NCBI GenBank assembly: GCA_036525795.1
Contig: DATCZS010000023.1
Location: 11,596-75,595, forward strand
Source of the DNA: Acidimicrobiia bacterium
GTDB taxonomy: Bacteria > Actinomycetota > Acidimicrobiia > Spongiisociales > ZC4RG35
Reading direction: 5' to 3'
DNA: 64,000 bases
Below, in pieces: positions 7,991 through 20,593 of the stretch. A program made the position numbers and the translations under genes. Position 1 is the stretch's first letter. The number at the start of each line of letters is the position of its first letter. The notes under the pieces were generated by a model. It saw only the letters and a program-made list of their open reading frames with translations, searched no databases and was not told the origin of the DNA.

Positions 7991-8950
7991 GTGGCGGCAC
8001 ATGTCTGCGACAACTGCGGGTCGGTGGTTTCCAGCGACGATCAGTTCTGTCCGAACTGCGGCGCCTGGATCGATCCCACCACCCCCGATGACGGTGCCGG
8101 TGACGACGACTACGAGTCCTTCGATCTGGGAGACGACGGGCCCCCACCGGACGTGCCGTCGCCGCCGGTCAGACTCCCTCAACAGGAAGTCCAGTGCCCC
8201 TCTTGCGGGTCGTCGAACCCCTTCACCAATCGTCATTGCGAGGAATGCGGTGCCCGGCTCTCCCAGGGAGCCCTTCCGGTGGCGCCACGCCCGGCCGTCC
8301 AGACCACCGCCGGTGTGCGGGCGGCGATGGCGATCAGTGCACTCCTCCTCGGGGTGGTGATCGTTGCGCTGCTGTTCAACATCCTCGGAGGCGACGAGGA
8401 CGGCGGCACGGTAACGCAAGAGACGACGACCACGACAACCTCGATACCTCCTCCCACGCCGGACGTGATCCCCATCCTCGACGCCACCTGCTCGGTCGAT
8501 GGACTCGCCAACTTCGGATGCGCCAATCTGGTGGACGGGACCACCGAGCGCGAGTACCAGATCAACTGGGAGACCCTCGAGGAAGGCGACGAGGTCACCA
8601 TCGAGCTGAAGTTCGCCGAGCCGATGGTGTTGACGTCGTTCCGCTGGGAGAACCTCCCCGCCGACAGCGATCGTTTCTTCCAGAACTACCGGGCGAGGGA
8701 CATCATCGTGTCGGACGGTTCCGTGCAGGGGTTGGGGATCCGGCTCGAGAACCAGGGCGGCGAGCAAACCGTTCCGTACGCCAGCCTTCGAACGCTCGAA
8801 CTGACGATCACCGTGACGTCGGCATACGAGCCGGAGCCACGCGACAACAACATGTTCAGCGAGCTCGCCATCGCCGAGATTCGCGTCGTGGGCTACCCCG
8901 CCTCCCAGGTCACGACCACGACTGCCGTCACGACGACCACCGGAGGCTGA
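7991..8950 (+). CDS. Membrane-anchored protein with two N-terminal zinc ribbons, one TM helix and a C-terminal discoidin (F5/8 type C)-like domain
   Basis: GTG start preceded by an aggagg SD. CDNCG...CPNCG and CPSCG...CEECG ribbons, a TM segment AISALLLGVVIVALLF, and a C-terminal FSELAIAEIRVVGYP discoidin-like signature. It is the 3' part of the long track ORF 6107..8950. Confidence 0.55.
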   Translation: MAAHVCDNCGSVVSSDDQFCPNCGAWIDPTTPDDGAGDDDYESFDLGDDGPPPDVPSPPVRLPQQEVQCPSCGSSNPFTNRHCEECGARLSQGALPVAPRPAVQTTAGVRAAMAISALLLGVVIVALLFNILGGDEDGGTVTQETTTTTTSIPPPTPDVIPILDATCSVDGLANFGCANLVDGTTEREYQINWETLEEGDEVTIELKFAEPMVLTSFRWENLPADSDRFFQNYRARDIIVSDGSVQGLGIRLENQGGEQTVPYASLRTLELTITVTSAYEPEPRDNNMFSELAIAEIRVVGYPASQVTTTTAVTTTTGG

Positions 8951-8968
8951 CACCCCGGCGCCGGTCCG

Positions 8969-10198
8969 TCAGCGGCCGGCGTCCAGAGTGATCGGAAGCT
9001 CCTTCACGCCGCGGAAGATCAGTGACGGCGTCCGTTCGAGACGATCGGTGGAGACTTCGAAGGCGGCGACCGAATCGACGAATCGTTCCAGAGCGACTTC
9101 GAGCTCCACCTTGGCGAGCGGGGCGCCGACGCAATAGTGGACGCCACCGCCGAATGAGACGTGGGCCTCGGCCGAACGCCCGACGTCGAGACCTTCGGGT
9201 TCGGTGAATACGGCCTCGTCGTGGTTGGCCGAACCGAACATCAGTCCGACCTTGGTGCCCCTGCGCAGCTCCGTCCCTTTCCAATTCACATCCTCGAGCA
9301 CCCACCGCTCGAACATCTGTAGCGGGGTGTCATACCGGAGCAGTTCGTCGACCGCACCGGGGATCATCGACGGCTCTGAACGGAGCCTTTCGTACTGTCC
9401 GGGGTGGCGGGCGAGGGCGAGCACGGCGTTGCCGATCGCCTGGACGGTCGCCTCGTGGCCTGCGTTCAATGTCAGGATCGCCGTCGACACGATCTCGTCG
9501 CGGGTGAGCCGGTCGCCATCCACTCTGGCCGCCACGAGCGCAGAGAGGAGATCGTCACCGGGGCGGCGCTCCCGATCCTCGACCATGGCTCCGACATAGC
9601 GGACGAAACTCCTGGTGGCCTCCTCGGCGACGGCACCCTCCTCCGGGGTGCAGGCTTCGTCGAACGGGCGCACCATGGCGTGGGACCACTCGACCAGCTG
9701 CGGCTGATCTTCCGGGGGGACACCGAGCAGGTCGGCGATCATCGTCAGGGGAATCGGCGTGGCGTAGTCGGCTACGACCTCCATCGAACCGCGCTCGCAT
9801 GCGGCCTCCACCGCCCGCCGCGCCACGGCATCGACACGCGGTCGATACGACTCTGATGCCCTGCGCGAGAACGCCCACTGCACCAAGCGGCGGATGCGGG
9901 TGTGCCGGGGCGGCTCGAGGTCGATGAACGAGTCGCGGACCATTGCCGTCCACACGGGCAGTCGGGACGGGTAGATGCGGTCGAAGACCGCAGGATCGAT
10001 CTCCTCGGCCGGGACGGCGTGCCTCACGTCGCGCCCGAATCTCCTGTCGCGCAGGATTGCCGCCACGTCTGCATGCCGCGCGAAGAACGTGAGGTCCCAC
10101 GTCTCGTCGAAGAACACCGGCGACTCTGTCCGAAGGCGGGCGTAGGTGGGATAGGGATCGTCGACGAAACCCCGGTCGTACGCGTTGAAGCGCGCCAT
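8969..10198 (-). CDS. Cytochrome P450
   Basis: Heme-binding loop FGGGVHYCVGAPLA, the EXXR (ELLRYD) motif and I-helix AGHEAT. The start MARFNAYD is in frame, 12 nt after the stop of the upstream permease. Confidence 0.85.
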   Translation of the reverse strand: MARFNAYDRGFVDDPYPTYARLRTESPVFFDETWDLTFFARHADVAAILRDRRFGRDVRHAVPAEEIDPAVFDRIYPSRLPVWTAMVRDSFIDLEPPRHTRIRRLVQWAFSRRASESYRPRVDAVARRAVEAACERGSMEVVADYATPIPLTMIADLLGVPPEDQPQLVEWSHAMVRPFDEACTPEEGAVAEEATRSFVRYVGAMVEDRERRPGDDLLSALVAARVDGDRLTRDEIVSTAILTLNAGHEATVQAIGNAVLALARHPGQYERLRSEPSMIPGAVDELLRYDTPLQMFERWVLEDVNWKGTELRRGTKVGLMFGSANHDEAVFTEPEGLDVGRSAEAHVSFGGGVHYCVGAPLAKVELEVALERFVDSVAAFEVSTDRLERTPSLIFRGVKELPITLDAGR

Positions 10199-10209
10199 GG
10201 GTTCGAGGC

Positions 10210-11511
10210 TCAGGAGGAGCCCTTGATCCAGATCCGGCCGTCCGCGGCGGGCATGCGCAGACGCCGGGTGGCGAACAGCAACACGACCAGCACCGCGATG
10301 TAGGGGGTGATCTGGGGAAGCTGGTTGGGCACCCGGTCGGTCGTGAAATACACGGCGGCGACCAGACCTCCGACGACCGCCATGCCGACTGCCGAGATCC
10401 AGTGTCTGCGCCGGATCGACCGGATCATGAAGATCCCCAGCACGATCGCAACGAACAGGAGCAGGGCGTGGGGAGCATTGGGATCCCGGAGCCGCAGCGT
10501 CTCGGTGAAGCCGAACAACAGCGCTCCGGAGGCCGTTCCGGTTGGCCGCCAGTTCCCGAAGATCATGGTGGCGAGGCCGATGAAGCCCTTCCCTCCGGTC
10601 TGGGCCTCCTTGTAGAGGCCCGAGAGCTGGACGGACAGGAAACCGCCGCCGAAACCGGCCAGTACTCCCGAGATGACGACCCCGTAGTACTTGTACTTGT
10701 AGACGTTGACGCCGAGCGAATCCGCCGCGTCCGGGTCCTCGCCGCAGCTCCGGAGGCGCAGTCCGAAGCGGGTTCGCCACAGCAGATAGGCGGCCCCTGG
10801 CACGACGAGGATCCCGAGAAGCGTCAGCCACGACATCTGGAAGACGAATCCGCGCAGGATGCCTCCGACCTCACCGATCAAGAAGATGTCGCTCCGCTCC
10901 AGCGCCCCGAGGAGATCGGGGCTCTCCCACCCGAAGATCGACCCCCCGGCCAGGAAGGGAACATCGAACGTGCTCACTCCGACGACCGTCGGAGACTGGG
11001 TGATCGACCCGCCATATCGAGGGAAGATCAGGTCGGACAGGTAGCGGGTCAGACCGGGAGCCATCACCAGGATGGCGGTACCGGCGATGATGTGGTCGAC
11101 GCCGAAGCTGACGGTGACCACGGCCATCAGGAGACCACCGAGCGCGCCGGCGACAGCGGCGTAGACCATCCCGATCCACGGGCTTCCCGTGACCAGGGTG
11201 CCCCAGGCGCCGAACCACGTTCCCAGGACGAGAAGACCCTCCAGACCGATGTTCACCACACCGGACCGCTCCGAGAACATACCCCCCAAACCGGCCATCA
11301 GAATGGGGATCGACCAGCCGAGGGCGATGCTCCATGTGCCCGAGGAGGCGAGGTCGGTGGTGGGAATGCGGGCGAATCGCTCGGTGATCGCCAACAGCAG
11401 GATCCCTCCGACACCGATCACGACCCAGTTGAGCTTCACGGCCTGGAGCGACTGAACCCAGCTCCGGGTGAGAGGAGGAAGATCCTCCCGGTCCTTCAGA
11501 GGATGGCTCAT
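10210..11511 (-). CDS. ABC transporter permease (BMP/nucleoside-type, second permease)
   Basis: Multi-TM protein with a branched-chain/ribose-type permease fold. It overlaps the stop of the upstream permease. Confidence 0.8.
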   Translation of the reverse strand: MSHPLKDREDLPPLTRSWVQSLQAVKLNWVVIGVGGILLLAITERFARIPTTDLASSGTWSIALGWSIPILMAGLGGMFSERSGVVNIGLEGLLVLGTWFGAWGTLVTGSPWIGMVYAAVAGALGGLLMAVVTVSFGVDHIIAGTAILVMAPGLTRYLSDLIFPRYGGSITQSPTVVGVSTFDVPFLAGGSIFGWESPDLLGALERSDIFLIGEVGGILRGFVFQMSWLTLLGILVVPGAAYLLWRTRFGLRLRSCGEDPDAADSLGVNVYKYKYYGVVISGVLAGFGGGFLSVQLSGLYKEAQTGGKGFIGLATMIFGNWRPTGTASGALLFGFTETLRLRDPNAPHALLLFVAIVLGIFMIRSIRRRHWISAVGMAVVGGLVAAVYFTTDRVPNQLPQITPYIAVLVVLLFATRRLRMPAADGRIWIKGSS

Positions 11512-12590
11512 CGTTCCTCCCCGACGACGGCTGCGGCCGCCCTGGCGGCCTCGACCCGGCGGTATCTCTCGGCGATCGAATACGCAACCACCACCGACAG
11601 GATGATCACACCCTGGATGATGGCGACGATCTCACGAGGGGCATCTCCCCGCACCTCCAGGATCCCCGACGCCCTGCTCAGCCAGCCGAACAGCAACGCG
11701 GCGATGGCGATGCCCCCGGCATGGTTGCGTCCGAGCAGCGCCACCGCGATCCCGGCGAATCCGAGGCCCTGGGTGAACCGAAGGCTGTAGAAGTGAGAAT
11801 CGCCCAACAACTCCGGGAGACCGACGAGGCCGGCCACCAGTCCCGACAGCACCATCGCCATCACGATCGTGCGCTTGGGGTCGACGCCGCTGGCCTCGGC
11901 GGCGGTGGCATTGGCGCCGCTGGCCCGCAGGTCGTATCCCCACCGGGTGCGACCGACGAAGTAGTGATAGACGAACCCGACCACGACGGCGACGAGCACG
12001 AATCCCCACAGCTCGGATCTCGTGTCCAGTCCGAGGAGCGGGGAAAGAGACGGGAACCAGCCCGACTCCGGGATCGCCCCGAGGGCGGTGTCGAGCCCGG
12101 GGTCGGGAACGTCCCACACTCCCAGCAGGTACGAGACGACTCCACCGACGGCGATCCCGTTGAGCATGATCGTCGAGATCACCTCGTGCACGTTTCTCGT
12201 CACCTTCATGAGGCCGGCCAGGCCCGCCCACACGGCCCCCCCCAGCATGGCAGTGAGCAGGATCGCCACGACGTGAAGCACCGGTGGCAGTTCGATGATC
12301 GAGCCCACCTGGGCGGCGAAGAAGGCTCCGATGATGTACTGACCTTCCACACCGATGTTGAACAGGTTCATCCGGAACCCGATCGCCACCGCCACTCCGG
12401 ACAGGTACAGGGGGGTGGCCCAGTTGATGGTCTCCACCAGCGTGTTCAGACGGCTCCCGTACTCTGCGACGTTGCCGAACGCCTCGATCGGATCGGCGCC
12501 GGAGATGGCCAGCACGATCAGCGAGACGAGGAACGCCAGCACCAGGGCGGCGAGCGGCGGGGCCAGCACAAGAAGTCGGTGCTTGGTCAT
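11508..12590 (-). CDS. ABC transporter permease (BMP/nucleoside-type, first permease)
   Basis: Start MTKHRLLVLAPPLAALVLAF overlaps the ATPase stop (ATGA). 8-10 predicted TM segments. Confidence 0.8.
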   Translation of the reverse strand: MTKHRLLVLAPPLAALVLAFLVSLIVLAISGADPIEAFGNVAEYGSRLNTLVETINWATPLYLSGVAVAIGFRMNLFNIGVEGQYIIGAFFAAQVGSIIELPPVLHVVAILLTAMLGGAVWAGLAGLMKVTRNVHEVISTIMLNGIAVGGVVSYLLGVWDVPDPGLDTALGAIPESGWFPSLSPLLGLDTRSELWGFVLVAVVVGFVYHYFVGRTRWGYDLRASGANATAAEASGVDPKRTIVMAMVLSGLVAGLVGLPELLGDSHFYSLRFTQGLGFAGIAVALLGRNHAGGIAIAALLFGWLSRASGILEVRGDAPREIVAIIQGVIILSVVVAYSIAERYRRVEAARAAAAVVGEER

Positions 12591-14110
12591 GATGCCGCCT
12601 TTGCCCCGGTCATGTAGGCGCCGAGATCGCGCGGCGTCACCGTCGACGGATCGAGTTGGGCGACCAGCCCGCCCCGCAGCATCACATAGAGGGCGTCGGA
12701 CAGGCCGATCAGCTCGTCGAGGTCGGCCGAGATGAGGATGATCGCCAGCCCGTCGGCCCTTGCCCTGCGCAGCTCCTCCCACACCGCTGCCTGCGCCCCC
12801 ACGTCGATTCCCCGGGTGGGGTGGGAGGCGATGAGGAGGCTGATCGGGAAGGACAGTTCCCGGCCCACGATCAGCTTCTGCTGGTTTCCGCCGGACAACG
12901 CATGCGCCGGAACGTCCACGCCCGGGGTCCTGACATCGAATCGCTCGACCATCTCGGCTGCGTGTGCCCGGGCCGCCTTCGGGTCGATCCAGAACCCCAT
13001 CTTGACGAAGGGTTCCCGCGTCTGGCGACCGAGCATGTCGTTCTCCCACAACGGAGCATCGAGCAGCAGACCGCGGCGGTGCCGGTCCTCGGGGATGTAG
13101 CCCACCCCGGCCTCGCGAATCCTCCGGACCGACCACTCGGTGATGTCCTGGCCCTTGAGGGTGATCGACCCGCCCGACACGACTCGCATTCCCAGAATCG
13201 TCTCCACCAGCTCGAGCTGGCCGTTGCCTTCGACCCCGGCGATCCCCACGATCTCACCCTCGTGCACGGTGAGGTCGACGTCGGTGAGCGCCACTTCGGT
13301 CTCGCTGCCTTCGACCTCGAGCGCGCTGACCCGCAACACCTCCACGTCCGTGACCGTCTTTTCCCTCGTCTCCGGAGTGGGGAGCTCCTCGCCCACCATC
13401 AGCTCGGCGAGGTCATGGGCGGTGACGTCTGCCGGCTTGACGGTGGCCACGGTCTTTCCGCGGCGCAGCACCGTGATGGTGTCGGCGATGTCGAGCACCT
13501 CGTCGAGCTTGTGGTCGATGAAGATGATGGTGTGGCCTTCCTCCTTCAGTCCGCGCATGTTGCGGAACAGCTCCTCGACCTCCTGGGGAACGAGCACCGC
13601 CGTCGGCTCGTCGAGGATGAGGATCTTCGCCCCGCGGAACAGCACCTTGATGATCTCGACCCGCTGCCGCTCGCCGACTTCGAGCGTCTCCACCAGCTCG
13701 TCGGGGTGGACCTCGAGCCCGTAATCCTCTCCGATCTCGACGATGCGCTTCCGGGCGTCCTCGAAGTCGATGCGCCCCCCTGTCATCGTCGGCTCGGCGC
13801 CGAGAATCACGTTCTCGAGCACGGTGAGGTTGTCTGCCAGCATGAAGTGCTGGTGCACCATGCCGATGCCGCGGTGGATGGCATCGGTGGGCGAATGGAA
13901 CCGGACCTCTTCGCCCTCGACGAACATGCGCCCTTCGTCGGCGGGCTGCATGCCGTACAGGATCTTCATGAGAGTGGACTTGCCCGCCCCGTTCTCACCG
14001 CACAGGGCATGGATCTCGCCCGCCTCGACCTCGAGGTTCACGTCCTGGTTGGCGATGACACCGGGAAACCGTTTGGTGATCCCCTCCAGCTTGACTGCAA
14101 GCTCGCTCAC
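12587..14110 (-). CDS. ABC transporter ATP-binding protein with two fused ABC domains (sugar/nucleoside importer type)
   Basis: Two Walker A/signature sets (GENGAGKST...LSGGNQQK). GTG start at 14110 with a GGGAGA SD; an alternative ATG lies at 14170. Confidence 0.8.
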   Translation of the reverse strand: MSELAVKLEGITKRFPGVIANQDVNLEVEAGEIHALCGENGAGKSTLMKILYGMQPADEGRMFVEGEEVRFHSPTDAIHRGIGMVHQHFMLADNLTVLENVILGAEPTMTGGRIDFEDARKRIVEIGEDYGLEVHPDELVETLEVGERQRVEIIKVLFRGAKILILDEPTAVLVPQEVEELFRNMRGLKEEGHTIIFIDHKLDEVLDIADTITVLRRGKTVATVKPADVTAHDLAELMVGEELPTPETREKTVTDVEVLRVSALEVEGSETEVALTDVDLTVHEGEIVGIAGVEGNGQLELVETILGMRVVSGGSITLKGQDITEWSVRRIREAGVGYIPEDRHRRGLLLDAPLWENDMLGRQTREPFVKMGFWIDPKAARAHAAEMVERFDVRTPGVDVPAHALSGGNQQKLIVGRELSFPISLLIASHPTRGIDVGAQAAVWEELRRARADGLAIILISADLDELIGLSDALYVMLRGGLVAQLDPSTVTPRDLGAYMTGAKAAS

Positions 14111-14197
14111 GCTTCTCCCACTGCCGCCCGAAACGTACCGAGGGCCCCGACCAATCGGGGCCCTCGGCACTGTAGCTTGGCTCTCGTCAGCGAGGCG

Positions 14198-15208
14198 TCA
14201 CGGGGTGGTCGGGACCACGATGGTCCCGTCGACGATCTGCTGCTTGTAGTCCTCGAGCTGGTCGGCGATGTCGTCGACGAAGCCACCCGAGGTGGAGTAG
14301 CCAACGCCGTCGACCGACAGGTCGAACACTTGCACGCCCGCAGCGAACTCTCCGTTCACCTCGGCCTCGATGGTGTTGAACACCGAGACATCGACACGCT
14401 TGAGCATCGAGGTGAGGATGTAGTCCTTCACGTCGTCACCGGCGGTCAGATACTGGTCGGAGTCGACCCCGATGGCCCACACCTTGGTGCTGTTGGCCTC
14501 GGAGTATTCCTTGGCGGCCTGGAACAGACCGGCCCCGGTGCCACCGGCAGCGTGGTAGATGATGTCGGCGCCCTGCTCGTACATCGACTGGGCGATGACC
14601 TTGCCGGAGGCGGGATCGTTGAAGCCGTCGAAGTTGGGCGGCTCGGTGACGTACTGGGACAGGATGTTGATGTCCGGATTCACGGCCTTGGCCCCGGCGA
14701 TGAAGCCTGCCTCGAACTTCTGGATCAGCTCGATGTTGACGCCACCGATGAACCCGATCGTGCCGCTGGTGCTCTTGAGAGCAGCGGCTGCACCCACCAG
14801 GAACGAGCCCTGCTCCTCGGCGAACACCAGACCGGCGACATTCGGCGCATCCACCACCGAGTCGACGATTGCAAAGTGGACATCGGGATTGGCGGCGGCG
14901 GCATTCGCCATCGGATCGGCGAACAAGAACCCCACGCCGAAGACGAGATCGCTCGTCTCCGCCTGCAGGTTGAGCAGCTCCTCACGGTTGGAGCCGTCGT
15001 CTGCGGCCGAAGCCTCGGACTTGACGATCCCGAGATCGTCGGCCGCCTTGTCGAGGCCGGCGGCGGCGGAGTCGTTGAACGACTGGTCGCCGCGTCCACC
15101 GATGTCGAAGACGAGACCGATGGGTACTCCTTCGTCGCCTCCATCCCCGCCTTCGCTGTCGCCGCATGCCACCAGCACCAGCGCAAAGACAGAGAAAAGT
15201 GCGATCAT
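14198..15208 (-). CDS. BMP-family ABC transporter substrate-binding lipoprotein (PnrA/Med-like, nucleoside-binding)
   Basis: Start MIALFSVFALVLVACG (lipobox). Basic-membrane-protein fold motifs. Confidence 0.8.
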   Translation of the reverse strand: MIALFSVFALVLVACGDSEGGDGGDEGVPIGLVFDIGGRGDQSFNDSAAAGLDKAADDLGIVKSEASAADDGSNREELLNLQAETSDLVFGVGFLFADPMANAAAANPDVHFAIVDSVVDAPNVAGLVFAEEQGSFLVGAAAALKSTSGTIGFIGGVNIELIQKFEAGFIAGAKAVNPDINILSQYVTEPPNFDGFNDPASGKVIAQSMYEQGADIIYHAAGGTGAGLFQAAKEYSEANSTKVWAIGVDSDQYLTAGDDVKDYILTSMLKRVDVSVFNTIEAEVNGEFAAGVQVFDLSVDGVGYSTSGGFVDDIADQLEDYKQQIVDGTIVVPTTP

Positions 15209-15315
15209 TCGCTTGAACTGCACGCGTTCCTCCCACGTCTGCTTAGGAGTGGGCACATCGCCCACCCAGGCAACAATAGCGTTCCGTCACCACCGCGATA
15301 CAGGCCGGAAGCCCC

Positions 15316-16242
15316 ATGAATGTGAATCTCCAAATGCTCGACCCTCCCGCCGAATGGGGGGTACACATCGACAGAGCAGCCGCCGAACAGGTCGCGCTCG
15401 GCCTCGCCGATCACCGCTTCCCCACCCCGTCGTTCGACTACGTGGGGGTCCCCGACCTGGCAGATGAGGAATGGGCTCGGTTCGTTCTCGTCGCCGTCTC
15501 CGTGGTGTGGCGGCTGTGGCCGCCGGAGGGAGAACGGATGTGGGCTGCCGACCTCGACGGTGCATGGCTCGACGACGCCTCCGGAATCTGGGCGTGCTTC
15601 ACGCGTGAGCCCCGCTCTGCCGACCTGGCGTGGATTCGCAACGGCAGCGGAGGCCCGGGGTTCTTCTCAGGTCGCGGAATCCTGCAGGACGTCCCGCGGC
15701 GCATCGACCGGATGGCGGCGGTGGCCGGGGCGCTCCTCGACCGCTGGAACGGGAGGGCACTCGGCATCGTCGAAGAGGCCGGGGGACGGGCTGCAGCCAT
15801 CACCGAACTGCTGGTCGAGACCATCCCCGGATACCGGGACCGGCCTTCGACCGGCGGCAGGGTCCTTCCTTTCGACAAGCTGGCACACCTCGCCGTCGCC
15901 ATGCTCTCCGCCCGGATCCCCATCACCGGGGTCGAGGACTTCGGGGTGTACCCGGACTACATGCTCCCTCGCCATCTCCGTCACCGGGGGATCCTGGTCT
16001 ACGAATCGGCGCTGGCCGCCGCCATCGACACGCGGCATGTGATCGAGAAGGAGTCCCGCTGGGAGCTGGGCATTCGGTGGGCGACGGTGCGGGCCGCCGC
16101 CCTGTTGGGGGAGGCACTCGCCGCACGGGGAAACCCCGTCACCACCCCCCAGCTCGACTTCTGGCTCTGGTCGGAGGCCGTGCTCGGTCCCGATGCCTCC
16201 GCGATGGGCGAGCACCACCGCACCATCACCGAGGCATACTGA
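15316..16242 (+). CDS. DUF2419/Qng1-like protein, a candidate queuosine-salvage hydrolase
   Basis: Recalled similarity to Qng1/C9orf64 motifs (VLVAVSVVWRLWPPEGE ~ NFCFWPRPGE; PDYMLPRHLRHRGIL; LDFWLW). It sits beside the nucleoside ABC importer. Confidence 0.4.
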   Translation: MNVNLQMLDPPAEWGVHIDRAAAEQVALGLADHRFPTPSFDYVGVPDLADEEWARFVLVAVSVVWRLWPPEGERMWAADLDGAWLDDASGIWACFTREPRSADLAWIRNGSGGPGFFSGRGILQDVPRRIDRMAAVAGALLDRWNGRALGIVEEAGGRAAAITELLVETIPGYRDRPSTGGRVLPFDKLAHLAVAMLSARIPITGVEDFGVYPDYMLPRHLRHRGILVYESALAAAIDTRHVIEKESRWELGIRWATVRAAALLGEALAARGNPVTTPQLDFWLWSEAVLGPDASAMGEHHRTITEAY

Positions 16243-16255
16243 GCGGCGGGCCCCG

Positions 16256-17029
16256 TCACGGATCCCGGTAGTGAAGCCCCACGACGGCGGCGGCGGCCCC
16301 GAGGGCCGCCCACCCGAGCACCACGACCACCGCCTGGGCAAACGGCATCTCGCCGACGGCGGCGAACCCGAACCCGGCGTTGACCTCGCCGAACCGGCCG
16401 AAGAACCGGCCCGAGGCGATTCCGAGCGACACGTTCTCCCAGGACTGCCACAGCGCGAGGATCCCCTCGCCGACCGTGAACGCCAGGCCCGCTCCGATCG
16501 CGGCCCCCAACGAACGGAGCATGGCGGCGAACCCCAGACCGATCCCGATCCAGGTCATCTGGATGACCCCGGTCTTTCCGAGCATCGCCAGCCACTCGCC
16601 GACCGAAGGCGACCCGCTGCCGGTGGCGACTGCCGCGGTCACCGCCGACCAGGCACCGACGGCGAGGACGGCGGCCAGCCACGCAGCCAGGCTGTAGACG
16701 ACGAATTTGGCGAGCAGGTGCATCCACCGACGCGACTCCAAGGTGAGACTCGCCGCCCAGACAGAGGTGCCGGTCTCACCGGCGAGGAGCACCACCGCCA
16801 GGATCACCGGGAACCAGGTCTGGCCCACGACCTGAGCGGCACCGAACGAATACGCGAGCGGCTTCGGAATCACGGGGAAGGCCATGGACTGCCCCGCCGG
16901 GAGCAGCGCGGGCAGTGCGAGAAACAGCCAGGCGGTCAACGTGGTGAACAGCACCAGGATCAGAGACATGATCCAGAACAGCCTTCGCTTGCCCAGCTTG
17001 ACGAGTTCGGCTCGGATCAACCCGATCAT
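16256..17029 (-). CDS. ABC-2 family transporter permease
   Basis: Start MIGLIRAELVKLGKRR overlaps the ATPase stop. Six TM segments. Confidence 0.7.
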   Translation of the reverse strand: MIGLIRAELVKLGKRRLFWIMSLILVLFTTLTAWLFLALPALLPAGQSMAFPVIPKPLAYSFGAAQVVGQTWFPVILAVVLLAGETGTSVWAASLTLESRRWMHLLAKFVVYSLAAWLAAVLAVGAWSAVTAAVATGSGSPSVGEWLAMLGKTGVIQMTWIGIGLGFAAMLRSLGAAIGAGLAFTVGEGILALWQSWENVSLGIASGRFFGRFGEVNAGFGFAAVGEMPFAQAVVVVLGWAALGAAAAVVGLHYRDP

Positions 17030-17922
17030 GGCTGCTCCTCCTCGGTCAACTGGAGGAACACCCGCTCCAGGCTGTTGTGACCGGGGATCAACGCCCGGGC
17101 GAAGACGCCCCCTTCCGCCAGCACCCGGCTGATCTCCTCTCCCGCTGCGCCCCGTACGCGGAGGAACGTCCCTTCCCCTTCGACCTCCCACCCGGCGCCA
17201 GACAACAGCCGGCCGGCGGCCGCAAGGTCGCCCACGTGCACCTCGTAGGAGTCCCCGCCGCCGAGCACCTCGTCGAGTGGACCGGCTGCACGGAGCGCGC
17301 CGCGATCGATCACGACCACGTGGTCGGCCATCGTTTCGACATCGGCCAGGTCGTGACTCGAGACGATCACGGTCTTTCCCTGCTCGTCTACGAGCTGGCG
17401 CAGTTTGGACTTGAACGACACCTGGCCGGCCGGATCGAGGCCGTCCAGCGGTTCGTCGAGGACCAGGACATCGGGGTCACCGAGCAGGGTGACCGCCAGG
17501 GCCAGCCGCTGTCTCATGCCCTTCGAGTATCCGCCGGCGGACCGACCGGCGTCGGACGCCAATCCCACGAACTCGAGCAGCCGATCGACTTCGCCGGACC
17601 CACAGCCCAACGTCATCGCCGCCACCCGAAGGTTGTCGCGACCCGACAGGGTCTTGTGGATCCCCGGCTCCTCGATCACCGCCCCCACCCGCTTGATCAC
17701 CCTCGGGAGGCCGGCGGGGATCGGATCACCCAGCACCGTCACCGCGCCGGACTGCGGTCGGGTGAGCCCCAGAGCGACGCGGAAGGCGGTGGTCTTCCCG
17801 GCACCGTTCGGGCCCAGGAAACCGGTGAGGGCGCCGGCAGGAAACCCCACGGTCAGATCGACCAGCGCCTGGGTGCTGCCGTAGCGCTTGGAGACACCGT
17901 CGAAGGTGATGGCGTAGTCCAT
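17026..17922 (-). CDS. ABC transporter ATP-binding protein (ABC-2 exporter type)
   Basis: Walker A GPNGAGKTT, signature YSKGMRQRL, Walker B LVLDEP. Confidence 0.85.
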   Translation of the reverse strand: MDYAITFDGVSKRYGSTQALVDLTVGFPAGALTGFLGPNGAGKTTAFRVALGLTRPQSGAVTVLGDPIPAGLPRVIKRVGAVIEEPGIHKTLSGRDNLRVAAMTLGCGSGEVDRLLEFVGLASDAGRSAGGYSKGMRQRLALAVTLLGDPDVLVLDEPLDGLDPAGQVSFKSKLRQLVDEQGKTVIVSSHDLADVETMADHVVVIDRGALRAAGPLDEVLGGGDSYEVHVGDLAAAGRLLSGAGWEVEGEGTFLRVRGAAGEEISRVLAEGGVFARALIPGHNSLERVFLQLTEEEQP

Positions 17923-18085
17923 GCTGTCCCGAGGCTAGGAGACCCGGCCGGCAGAGATGGCGCAGATTCCCCCGCGCGTTGCGGTCTCGCGGGTGGGACC
18001 GATCCCCCTCCCTCCGAGCCCTGCGGGCTCGCAGGAACCTTCCCCCACCTTCGTGAGGGACGATCATCCCCCTACGAGGGGCTGG

Positions 18086-20593
<2,508 letters not shown>

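Noticed and set aside
12656-15319. 887-aa plus-strand ORF across the ABC transporter operon.
   Set aside because: It is antisense to four coherent transporter genes that have lipobox, Walker and permease signatures.
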